From Eutreptiella sp. 'Long Island Sound 2002' (taxonomy: Eukaryota; Protista; Euglenida), in NCBI GenBank assembly GCA_964036045.1, contig OZ038379.1, forward strand, positions 5,828,001 to 5,892,000: 64,000 nucleotides of DNA. Direction: 5' to 3'. Shown in pieces: positions 47,901 to 59,600 of the stretch. The notes beneath the pieces are model-generated. The model did not search any database. It was not told the origin of the DNA and saw nothing but the letters and a program-made list of their open reading frames with translations. Made by a program: the position numbers and the translations under genes. Position 1 is the first letter of the stretch. Each line of letters begins with the position of its first letter.

Positions 47901-50900
47901 CGGCCTCTCGAGTCCACTGCCGTGTGCCGTGTGCGCGGCTCATGGGCATGCCCCACCTGCTGTCCAGCACCCGGGGCCCCCCACCGCGTTGTTGGGGCGC
48001 CCAAGTGCAGGCATCGTCGCGACAGCCGTACAGGCCAACTGTCGACGCGAGGGCGCTGTGAATGGAGGCTTTCCCAGGGCTGTGCTGAAGGGGCTATTGC
48101 CTTTTTGGCACTTTTCTCACCGACAGGTTGCGCTCGACGGCGGTTGGAAGGTCACCCACCGACTATACTCTGAGCCTCATGGGTGGATTCCGATGCTCAC
48201 GGATTGCATCGGCGGTTGTGTCGGCAGCGGTATAAACCGGGTCAGGGTTCTGGTTTTCTTTCTGAACGGTTGCTGACAGGTCTGACATTGTGCCCGATAG
48301 TGTGCCCATCATTTTCCTGGGGTGGCTGAAGCAGCACACCACAGGCACTCGCCTTCCTTTGCGCAGGCGCCATATAGCCTCCAGACTGCAGACGCGTGCA
48401 CTTCCCAAGGCTCCACTGCCTGGGCCCATGTTAATTGGCCGCCTGCGGTCTTCGCCGACTCGAGGCCAGAGTGCCGCGGGGTGCAGCCCGACGCTTATCC
48501 ACGGCCTGCACACCGAAATGCCTCGCCACCTAACCCAATCAGTGTTGCTTGAACTCGGGTTGGGTGGTGTTTGGTTGCTGTGCTCCGTTGGGCAGGGTAA
48601 CGACCACCGCTGGCACCTGATGTAGTGCTGCCGCAGGGCAGACACGCCATTATGAGGACAGGGACATGGTCCCGCAGTGCCCTCAGCGTTGCATGGGCCA
48701 TGGGCCGTAGGCCCCCCCTCACCGCAGTGCGCACACAGTACAATTCTTTGCCACCTGGACCAATGACCAGGGATAGCCATGGGAATGGGTCAAAAATTTT
48801 GGTGGGGGTGGGGCCGGGGGGGGGGGGACGTCTGGGGTCAGGCTATTTTCACACAGTGACCAATGGAGAGTGACAGATGGAGCTGATGGCCAAGTGCCGT
48901 AGTACTGCCATTGTTTGTAATGGACAGTGACAGATGGGGACGGACACTGACGGTGGCAGTGACAGTTACAGGTACAGAGACATGCATCCGACTCTAGCTC
49001 GGCATCTTCTTTGAAGCTCTATTTCCAGCAGCAGTGGCAGCAGCAATGTTAGTTGCTCCTCGGAGGAAGCTGACAGTGACTAAAACACATAGATGGACAA
49101 ATCTGTTCGTCGGTGCCCACTGTGTTACTTGCTTGTGCCGCATTTCTGTTACTCTCATCATCTGTCACTCGTCACTCGTCACTCGAGAGGGGGTGAGGGG
49201 GGGCTGGGGGGGGGGGGGGACCGCTATGATACACCCTGCCAACGACCAAAAGGTGAAAATCTGCATTGTGGGCATTCGCCCCCGATGGGCTGAGACGGTA
49301 GGCAATGCCCCTTGATGACATCAAAACATCAATACTCGCAGTGGATGGGTGATGCAAGGCATGCTAGGTAGAGGTCTGGGTAGAACGCCTGAACAATCCC
49401 CAAGCATTAGCGAACAATCATTAGTCCCTTCTAGCTGGCAAGGTCACATGGGACACCCAAGCGCCTATCGCCTATGATACTGGTGGCCGGGTCGCCAATG
49501 TCGGCGGATGGGGTTCGATAGAGCCATCTGGCTGGAACCCTTCCCGCCCCTCAAAGAGGGGCTGCGGACCATTATATAGCAGGGGTTATGTAGCCGGTAA
49601 AGTGAAACACGCCCCACCCTACAGATGCGCAGCCTTCTCTCAGGATCGAAGAAGTGCTGTGAGGATGGATATCGGGCAAGTGTCCATCACGTGCAATCCT
49701 CAGTGCTCCGCATTAACGCTCTTGCAGCTGATGGGTGGCGAGGTCTATCTGTGTCGACCCAGTTCCCTTTCTGATGCATTCTGTGGATAGAATGTCTGCA
49801 GGTGGCGTTTTGCGGTGTTCTGTTGAACACCAAGCACTCCTCGTGTTTTTAGCAAGTGCCAGTGCAATTGATACTCCGGGCAATATTATTTGGATGTGCC
49901 CTTGAGCACGTGGTACATTGACTGACATGCAGGCCAATGTGAAGCTGAGCTTCTTGTGTGGGAGTGTTGGGGCAATTTGGGACACCCTGGTGCAGCTACC
50001 TTTGACAAGTCGCCGGAAAGTGCCATGCTGTGCGCGCGCCGTGCAAGAGCTCCTCAACACACGGGAAGCACATGGTGGTGCAAAATGCTACGAATCCTCC
50101 TCAACCACTGTTCGCTGCTGTTTCAGGTGGCCCGACTGCCACCACTTCACGTGGTGGTGGGGCACCGTTCTGTCCTGTGCATTGTGAAGCCATTATTACT
50201 CCATGTGGTTGCTCTGCACTGCAACGAGGACGAATGGCCAACAATGACCAACATGCAGCCTGTGTTGCTGGCCCACCGCCAGAATGTTGCTGTGTTAATG
50301 GGGTTTCTGACCCCTTGCATCCCCGCGACAGTCACAGTGATGTCTCTGCCTTATTGATAACAATGGGTTGTCATTGTTTGACTGGTCTTTTTCTTGGATG
50401 ACGACAACAGAGTGGTTGATGCCATGCTCAGTCCCCTCCATTGCCTGAAGTGCATTGCAGTGATACTGTTTTGAGCCCAGGATTTCATCCCAGTGAAGGT
50501 GGTCCAGGCATTGGACGATGAACGACCATGGACCTGGGTGCTGCCAAACCAAAGGTTGGAAATAGCACCAATCCGCAAACATGTGGCCCATGAGACGGCA
50601 GGGGTTATAGAGCCTCTTCTGACTCCTCCCCATTTAGGGCATGTGCCCTTTTTGCCGCTGGGGACCCTGAGATGGCAGGGTTGTGTGGTCCATTTATGAT
50701 TCCCTGCCGCTCTGGGGACCCCGAGCCGGTGGGGCTTTTGTGGCCTTTCTGATTCCTCCGCACTCCAGGGACCTGGGATGGAGAAAAGCGTGACGCAATT
50801 ATTTTGGTGGGGCTGGGGGTGGTGGGCGGGCTGGTGAGGGCGCTAGCACTGTGCCCACACTGCCCCAGCATGGTCTGCTGACACCCGAATGCCAAATTGC

Positions 50901-52670
50901 TGTGGAGGGCTTTCATCACCAAAAATGGGGGGGAATCAAAAGCAGCTACTCAACCCCTGGCATCCCAGGTTCCAAGGGGGGGGCCTGTTCAAATTCCAGA
51001 CCCCCCCCCCCCCTGCTCCAGACCCCCCAAAGTTTTCGAACCCCTCTTTCTCTGAGATTTTGGGGGAAAGTGTTGGCGCCGAAGGCGCCAATTTTTTTTT
51101 TTTGCCCTCCTGAGGGGGTATTTTTTTTAACCTATGTGTCTATACTCAAAATACTCAGAATTTGTGGAGAATTCAAAAAGGGGTGAAAAAAACACAGAAA
51201 AAAATTTGACCCCGGACCTGACCTCTGGTGGGACCTGGGCTGATGGGAGCCTGAGCTAATGGGCAAATTTTTGCTGAAAATTTTTTTACCCCAGTTGTGT
51301 ATGTTCAAAATGATCAGCGCGTCATGGGGATCATTTTGAGGTATGTATGTTGGGGTACCCACCGACCCCCCTGGCCCTGGGGACCCCGCTGGCTGACCGG
51401 CCGACACACCTCCCCCCCCACCCCTCCCCCCCCCCCCCCCCCGCAATGATTGCACACAGAGAGTGCTACACAGAGCCCTACTGCTGCTTGTCCTTGACAC
51501 CTTTTGCGAAAATTTCAGCAAGCTCAGACACATCAATGTCTGAGCTGGCACCAGAGCTGGGACTGGCAGAGTCATTGCCACCTGAAGATCCAGACGAGGA
51601 ATCACTAGGGGAATCTGCTACAGGCTGACGTCCTGTCAGCAACCCTTCCAAACTACTACTGTCACATCTTAGGAATGTAACAGGCTTGCGTTTTCTGCCC
51701 TTGTCGCTGCGAGCTGTTAGCTTCCCTAGTGCACCTGCGGGCCCCAGTGACCCCTGCTGCCCCTGCAGAAGCCACACAGCAAAACAGTGTTGCAATCGTT
51801 GGGTGTTTAATAGGGTGCCCACTGTCGGCAAAAAACTTCTTTTGGTTCAATTCAACAGATTCATCATCTGTGCATCGTCATTTGTCCTCCAGTAAAGCAC
51901 ACTGTGAGGCAAGGGGCAACAAGGGAGCAACCAGCTTACAGTGAAAATGGGGAATTTCATACTTCGTAGTTCGTCATCAGAGCACACCATGGTGTGTTAT
52001 GGTGGTGTTAGAGCAAGGCGTACGGTATGGTCAACTCTCACAGTGAAGCAGTCGTTTATGAGTTAAAAAGCTTTGTCAGCAAAATAGCATTCTGTGATGG
52101 CGTGGTATTGTTTCCACTGCACCATCCAGGATCCGTTGCCTATCGCCTGCTGAATCCTCTGCACGGGCTGCAAAGCTCTTCGCTGTGGTGCTTGCACTCT
52201 GCACATTCGAAAAACCCCAAAATTGCATTCTGCTCTGGCTCTAGCTATGTAATCCTCGGCGCACAGGCGGTGCAAAGCGTTGGAAAGCAGGGGATGGGCA
52301 GGTTCCAAAGGCCCGGTTGCATACCTTTGTAGGCCTGGGAAGACCTCAGTTCCGAAATCGATAAAGCACAGCACAAAGTACATTGGGTCAAAGTCCTCTC
52401 CCATGTCCAGGTCCCTAGCAGTGAGGAGGCAGACCACTTGGCCATCAAGGGAAGCATCTCACCCCAACAACCCACTCAAACACACGCCCTCCTGCCAAGT
52501 GAGTGCCCCCCAACACTCGAACCTGCAATGCAAAAGACGACCAGTAACCGGAATGGTTCGGCCCGACCGTCAGCAGAACACTAGACCTTGGTTTCTTGGC
52601 CATCCTGTCTCCAGAAATGGCAACCTTGAGCAATGCAGAATCCCATGCACTGGGGGAACGAACTCAGTTT

Positions 52671-53267
52671 GGGTGAAGTGTCATGCGAGTGTAAAAGAAA
52701 ACTATAAAGATATATTAGAAAAAAATATATGTTTTTTTCAAGTGTGACAGGAGTGACTTTTGTGACACTCGAAAAAAAATGTACAATTTTTTTTGAGTGT
52801 CAGCGCGAGTGTACCCCCCCCCCCCCAAAAAAAAGCCAAATGGCTTATTTTCACTTCCAATCCGCCTTTGTGGGCATTCCCGGTTTATTTAGCCCGTTTG
52901 GCCCCACCAACTTTAGGCCCACTTCTGATTCAGCTCCCCACTCTGAAGCGTTGGGGACCCACCCGGTGGCAGGGGTTATGTAGCCACTGGCCCACTTGTA
53001 CGCCACTTCTGATTATTTCCCCCGCTCTGAAGCGTTGGGGACCCCCCAGGCAGCAGGGGTTATGTAGCCACCCGGCCGCTTTTTGGGCCACTTCTGATTC
53101 TTTCCCCCGCTCTGAAGCGTTGGGGACCCCCCAGGCGGCAGGGGTTATGTAGCCACCCGGTACACTTGCGCTGACACTCAAAAAAAATTATAATGAAAAA
53201 TTTTTTTTCTGAGTGTCATGGCAGTGACTCGCATGACACTTTTTTACACTCGTGTGACACTTCCCCC
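52671..53267. mobile_element. MULE-like MITE with 9-bp TSD
   Basis: ACTCAGTTT at 52662-52670 and 53268-53276. Imperfect TIR GGG(T/G)GAAGTGTCA..CGAGTGTAAAA, an inner inverted pair TTGAGTGTCAGCGC.AGTGTAC, and three internal ~80-bp repeats ending GCAGGGGTTATGTAGCCAC. Confidence 0.78.
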
Positions 53268-53696
53268 ACTCAGTTTGACAGTACTACGCAATAGCACTGA
53301 AGAATTTATAGATTGCAGCGGCTGTAGCTTCTGCACACTGCTCCTGCGACCACCATATTTTCACCAAGGAGTCTTGCTCTGATAAACTGCTGCACGCACC
53401 AGCACCGGATGCAGCGGCCCCACACACACTATGTGTGGTAAGCATGCAGACAGGAGGACATATTGCACTGGTGCCATGCGACATGACAAAAGCCAACACG
53501 CAGGTTACCACAAAGGGGGGCAGAAGGTAAAGGAAAACAGGTACACCAAGGTGCATCATAACCTTACCAAAGGCAAGAACAGTAGTTCCGCGTGGAGTGT
53601 ACCTAGCCCAAAATGAGAGCTAGGCACTGTTGTAGCTGCGAATCATGAACCTCCCAGTTCAAGCAGTCATTGTAATGAGATCATGACATCCTGCGA

Positions 53697-53830
53697 GGAC
53701 AGGGAGACTGTGTGCTGAGAGCACAGGGAGACTGCGCGCTGAGAGCACAGGGACATTGTGTGCTGGGAGCACAGGGAGATTGTGTGCGGCGAGCACAGGG
53801 TGACTGTGCACTGAGAGGACAGGGATACAG
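53697..53830. repeat. ~24-bp minisatellite immediately upstream of gene 5
   Basis: GAGCACAGGGAGACTGTGTGCTGA-like unit x ~6. Confidence 0.85.
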
Positions 53831-53891
53831 TCAAGAAGGGACCACAGACCTGAGTGGCCCACACATCTCTCCGTCAGACATCGCACACGCA

Positions 53892-54971
53892 ATGGACTAT
53901 ACCGCGCTCTGCTCTGCCCGCTGGGATGCGCTCTGCAGTCGCCTCAGCGTGGGAGCGGAGACCGCTGCGACGTGGTGGTCGACGCTCCACGACGCATACG
54001 AAGGGCCAGGCCGGTACTACCACACACTCCGGCACGTCGCGGAGCTGCTGCTGCACCTGGACGCGCACCGTGCGTCCGTGAGCGACGTGGATGCGGTGGA
54101 GCTTGCGACCTTCTTCCACGACGTGGTGTACAACGCCCAGTCCGGCGGCGGCGGCCGCAACGAGCTGGACTCCGCAGAGGTGTGGAGGGACTTTGCGCGG
54201 GCGGCGCAGCTGGCGGCGCTGGAGGAGAAGGTCGCCCGCTGGATCGTGCAGACGAAGGACCACCGCTGCACCGACGCCGACGAGCTGGACTGCAAGCTCT
54301 TCATGGACTTCGACATGGCCATCCTCGCAACTCCGCCTGCGGAGTATGCAGCGTACGCCGCCAACGTGCGCCGGGAGTACGGGCATCTCTCGACCGCGGC
54401 GTGGTGCTATGGCCGCGGCGCCTTCCTCCGCTCCTTCGCGCAGAGCGACGCGCCGATCTTCGCGACCCCTGCCTTCCGCGATGCGGGCGAAGCCGCCGCG
54501 CGGCGCAATGCGGCAACAGAGGCCGTGATGCTGCGGCGGCGGCGGCGGCGGCGGTTGCTTGCGATGGTCGCGCTAACCGGCGCATGCGGCGCGCTGTCCC
54601 TCCTCGCGCTCTTCGCGCCGTCGGGGATGCTGCGGGGCGGCGCGCGGCTGTGCGGCGCCGCGGCGGGCGCGCTGGGCCTCGCGTGGGCGGGCACGCAGTA
54701 TGAGCCGTACCCGTACGCCAAGGCGCCGGGCGCGGCGGCCGGGGGCGTGGCGCTGTTCGCCGGGTCCATGAACCCGCCGCACCACGGCCACCTCGGCATC
54801 ATCGCCCACCTCGCTGCCGCCCATGCGTCCGTTGTCGTAGTTATCGGCCACAACCCCTCAAAGCGGTATGCCGTCACGCCGCAGCAGCGCAAGGAGCTGA
54901 CGGAGAAGGCGTGCCAAGCGGCGGGGCTGCGCAACGTCACATGCGAAGTCACAGACGACTACGTGTGGCGG
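53892..54971 (+). CDS. Gene 5 exon 1/2: HD-superfamily phosphohydrolase (COG4339-like) - 2 TM - CoaD/PPAT-like nucleotidyltransferase fusion; join(53892..54971,56376..56675), 459 aa
   Basis: HD motifs: RYYHTLRH, FFHDVVY, NELDSA, TKDH, DFDMAIL, VRREY, GRGAFL. Then R7, two hydrophobic segments, FAGSMNPPHHGH (HxGH), NPSK and QQRKEL. Donor CGG|GTACGT. Confidence 0.88.
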
Positions 54972-55679
54972 GTACGTTGGGCCGTGCACCCCTTCCATTG
55001 CAGCGGGTCTATGGGGGCGCCCTCAGCGCAGTGCGCGAGCAGTGTACACGGAGTGCAACTGCTTGCATGGCCGTTTGGCCGGACTAGAAACCCATACTTC
55101 GTGAGACTTAGGGTATCATTGTTGTTTGACAACAGCTTTTTGATGCTTCTTCTGCATCGGGAAGATGGCACATTTGGGTTTTCATCCAATTTCACCCATT
55201 TTCATCCGTTTTTTTCAACATTTTGTGCTCATTTCCCGGCGTGTTTTCATTTCTCGGTTCATTTTTGCTTGCGAAGGGAAAGGCAGAGCCTGACAGCGAG
55301 GAGCCTTGGTCCCTCTGCAATGTTGGACTGACCTTAAACGCCCAGGCACTACCACTGCCGCTTCCACTACCACGGCTTCGGTCCCAGACAACGACGGTAC
55401 CACAGGGTCGGAGGCGGAGCATGTCGGGTACAGCAAACAACCGTGGCTCCCCAGCACATCAACACCCATCCAAATGGCTCGCACTCCAAAGCACCACGCC
55501 GTGATGGGCAGAAGCAAGTTTGATGGGTTGCATTCCGCATCACAAAAGTGGTGGTCTCAAAATTGACGCTGAGGGTCCGATAGTGAGCCCCCCACCCCCA
55601 TTGTGGTTACTCTGGCCTCCTGATCTGATATGGAGCGTGCCCTATCCTTGTGCGGGGGGAGGGGGCACCTGGGCCTCAC

Positions 55680-56014
55680 GCACACAGAAACACAGCGAGG
55701 CAGACTATGGACGGCCTGTGGACAGAGGCGCGTGGACAGCAACAACAGTCAAACGACCCCGGCAACAACCAGCACATCCTCAATACGCCAACTATTGGGC
55801 GCCGCTGACGCGCAAACGGCACACCATGCCACATTCAGCACAGCCCCAGCACACCAACCACTGGGCTCCGCGAACGCGGAAATGACACCAGCAAGAGCAC
55901 CGGCCTCAGCGGCCGACAGAAAGCAGCGACCCGACGCAACATGCGAAGGGAAGAACGGGTGACTGTCCAGGGCCCCGTAAAGGAACAACAACCAGACGGA
56001 ATGTCACACAGGGG
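55680..56014. repeat. Interspersed repeat family A, copy 3 (longest; gene 5 intron)
   Basis: Same core as the other copies, plus a 5' extension. Confidence 0.85.
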
Positions 56015-56109
56015 AGTAAGATGAGGCTGCACACAGTTGTTGATCCGGCCCAGCAGCAGGCGTATGGACAGGGCAATTGGTTTGGCACATGCCAATGAAC
56101 GCAAAATAA

Positions 56110-56256
56110 ACACTAATGAACACCAAACACCCGATGAACACCACTAACCACTGCCAAACACTCGATAAACACCAATAAACACCAAACATCCGATAAACAC
56201 AAGTAAACACAAGTAAACACAAGTAAACACAAATAAACACAAGTAAACACAAGTAA
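56110..56256. repeat. AAACACAAGT 10-bp minisatellite in the gene 5 intron
   Basis: Iterated AAACAC(A/C)A(G/A)T units. Confidence 0.85.
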
Positions 56257-56375
56257 AGTGCTGCAGATTGTGATACTTCAGGTCGTGGGGAATCGATAGC
56301 CTGGGCAACACCCCGGCTGTGCCCCGTCCCGCCCCCTCTGCTGTCCCGACGTCCCTGTGGATGATTGCCTCGCAG

Positions 56376-56675
56376 GTCGCTCGGAAAAGGGGGGCCAAGG
56401 TGCTGCACCGGGGGATCCGGTCGTGGGCCCAGGACGGCGTGGCGGAGCGATGGCTGGAGCTGCAGAACGTCGTCGGGCCCATGGCGCTGGCGCTGGCCCC
56501 GCCGCTGCGCACGCACTATTGGCAGGCGGACCCGCGGTACGCGCACGTCTCGTCGTCGCTGGTGCGCCAGCGCTGCTCCGCTGCGGAGGCGATCGACGAC
56601 CTGGTGCCGGCCGCCATCGCGGCGGAGGTGCGGCAGGCGTACGGTGCGCAGGCGGCCCGGGAGAAGGCGGATTAG
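56376..56675 (+). CDS. Gene 5 exon 2/2: C-terminal half of the CoaD-like domain
   Basis: CGCAG|GTC acceptor, phase 0. ARKRGAKVLHRGIR and HVSSSLVR..DLVP match the CoaD RGLR and ISSSLVK..FLP motifs. Stop TAG. Confidence 0.87.
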   Translation, partial: VARKRGAKVLHRGIRSWAQDGVAERWLELQNVVGPMALALAPPLRTHYWQADPRYAHVSSSLVRQRCSAAEAIDDLVPAAIAAEVRQAYGAQAAREKAD

Positions 56676-59600
56676 TGTCTGCAATCGTCGTTCCGAAGGC
56701 GCGTCCGAAGGCGATGGTGTTGCCGTGGGGGGGCGCGGGCGCTGGTTCCCTTTGGGTGCCTGCTCTTGGGGACTCCCCGTGTGATGGCATCACCATCGCC
56801 ACTCCCTCTCATGATCGAATGTGTCGTCTCGCCAACCTCTTGTTCATCGATGCATGACCTCTCATCACTTGTGTGTGGGGGGGTGTTACACGTAGGGCCA
56901 GACCCCCCCCCTCTCCAGAATAGGGACACCGCCCTAACCCCAGCCATTGACCTTCCGGACAGCGGACATGCAGCGCGCACTCTGAGAGCAATGAAGACCG
57001 TAGTGGCAGGCGCGGCTGGAGCTGATTGCGGTGAAGCAACCCTGACCCCATTGTGGCTCAGACCCAGCAGAGCGGTGCCGTCATGAATGGAGTGAAGGCC
57101 ATGTGTTGGCAGTCGCGGCTGGAGCAAAAGGGGCGCGACCACACCCGACTTGTCATGGCCATCCAGACCCCCACCTCCCCCACGCCCCTGGGGAGCAGCA
57201 CGTCTGCCAATGGGGGGGGGGGGGGGGCACGTGTCAGACATGCCACAGCCCGTGCGGGTGTGGCACAGGCTCGTGGGGCTATGGGGCGGATGAAGGTGCG
57301 GCGGCCGGCGACTGGTCTGTGGGATCTTCCCCCCCGGACTTGTGTGTGAACTCGAAATGCTCCGCATGGAACGGGGGATTCAGAGATGCCCCGAAAGCGG
57401 AAAAAAGATGACCCCTCCCCCCCCCCCCTCTGGACCCCCTGAAATGGGACGCCCGAAACTTTCCTCTTCTTCTGTGGAAGGCACGTTCTGGACCAGCTCG
57501 GCAGCGATGTACATAGCACAAACCACCACATGGCACTGAATATTGCACGCGAGCTGATGGGGAAGGCACCCAGAAATTGTGTGGGAATTTCGTCATTGGC
57601 TCTTCTCCTGTCCCACTGTTGCTGCCGCAGCAAAGCTGCCGATCACTGTGGGTCCCGCTCTGGCCCTGTTGGGCTGTCACTTGGCATCAGAGCCCCCAAG
57701 TTGGCATGCACTTGTCAATGGTCAGTGCGCCGCACGCGTCTGGCTTCGGTGGGGCTGTATATTCGGGGGAATTCGCTGTTCCCCATGAGGGTATTGGGAG
57801 GGCAGCGCGCACCGAGGGGGCGCGTTGTGCGCTGTGCGACAAGTTTGGCTATTCTGGACCCGTTTCCCCCGATGGCCAAGGTGACCGCAGTAACTACGGT
57901 GTTCCCCTACACAGGACTACTGAGATTCTTACTCAGATCAGAAAATCGAAAATCAGACGAAGCGTTGAAACAAATTGTGTTTCGCACTGAAAATGCCAGA
58001 ATGCTGTCTGAATCTGCTGTGTTTGCCCCGTGGGCGTGGCTTCCCCAGCGGTGGGTGGCTTTCAGGGTGGTCACGCAAATGCTGACTTTCTATTGGGCGC
58101 TGGGCCCGCGCTGTGCAGAAACGACCCCCAGGGCGGAAGGTCGATCTGAGGTAGGCACACCACAGATCGGTGCGCTGATTGTTATTGTTATTATTTTTAT
58201 AACGAGAGCCAGTGGCGCCACCATGCCTAAGGTTTGACACAGGTTCCGGTGCTTGGGACCATATCCTGCCCGTCGTGGCCTGGGCAATTTGCATCACACC
58301 TCGAGGGGGTGTGGGGCATACCGCCGAGCACTGCGGTTCCCACATGCCCATGTGAACGTTTCATGGACCTCGTGCACGCCGCAGTGTGTGCATGACCCAT
58401 ACGGGTCGAGGTGAGATGCACTCGGCAGCAACAATTGCACACAGCGCCAGCGTTGGCATACCCCCAATTGATGGTTCCCGTGTGCCTCCCCTCCAAGTGA
58501 CCCCAACCACATGCAACTCTCCACGCACGATTGTTTGTAATGCATGGCGGCGCTTCAGCACGTGCACTACGGCAAGCATTCCCCCTCTGAGGCGAGTGAA
58601 ACTGGCGATTTTGACCGAGGACGGAACCCCTAGTTTACTTCCCCACATGCACACGGACCTATCTTGCTCACTCTTGTGTTATCCACGTCGATGATTTGAT
58701 TTTGTTGAATCACATGTGCATGGCATATGATGAGTTTGAGCATGTGCACAACGCGCAAACATGACAAATGTGGAGGGGCATTCAAAAGTCATGGAACAAT
58801 CCTATTGTGGCACTCACGCTTGTCAGTTCTGTTGCAGTAGCTTGGTGTCTGCACAGAGTGGATCTCTTTGTACACGTGCCGCCTCATTTTGTGCTGGTGT
58901 TCGTATGATTCTCTGGAAGGTGGTGCGATGTGTTGTTATCTTTCTCGCTGCATTATTTTGCTTGTTTGCAAGTTGGCATCCACAGCCCATTTCCTGCAAA
59001 AGCCCCGTCCCCTCAAAAGGTGCTCGAGGCATGTGAAGATGAGACTGTGCGGAAATGTGCAGGAGAGAACAAGATGCACAAAACACTGGTGGTGGTCACC
59101 GATGTTTGAAAGCCAGCAACACGGGGCATTCACATGGATGCATCAAATGTGGACATTATGCAGCTCATTGTCGTTGTGAGCAGGGTGATGGAGAATTGAG
59201 TCATTGAAAAACCCTCTGTGGGAATTGGACGTGCTGCCTTGCACTTCCCTTTCGTGCGTGCCATTGCCAGCTCAAATCTACTAAGCGGTATTATTGCAAA
59301 AAAAAGTAGCACCGTTGTTTGGGTCCTGCGAGCGAATGTTGTAATGCGGCCCATACCCCTCAAGAACCGCTTGCCTGTGCTGTACGCACAAGCTGCACAG
59401 GACCCCCGTCTGACCTTGACGGTCCTGAAACGAAGCAGAATGTGCCGCCAGACCATAAGGCTGCGAAAACAATAACTGCGTGCGATAACTAAAGCCCAGC
59501 TTAGTAAAACGTTAGCAACTGGAATGATTCAAAACTGCACAGCAACCATTTTGCGAAGCCATTCTAAATCATTTAGAATCATATGCTTATGTTTGGCATC

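Noticed and set aside
54972-55331. Extension of the 539-aa ORF beyond DDYVWR, and its N-terminal AQGDC repeats (53712-53891)
   Set aside because: The 3' part is intron read-through into a TE fragment, and the 5' part translates a minisatellite upstream of the likely ATG.
58294-58545. Minus-strand CTHCGVHEVHETFTWAC, resembling a zf-RVT zinc knuckle
   Set aside because: The spacing is imperfect and no adjoining RT motifs were recognised.
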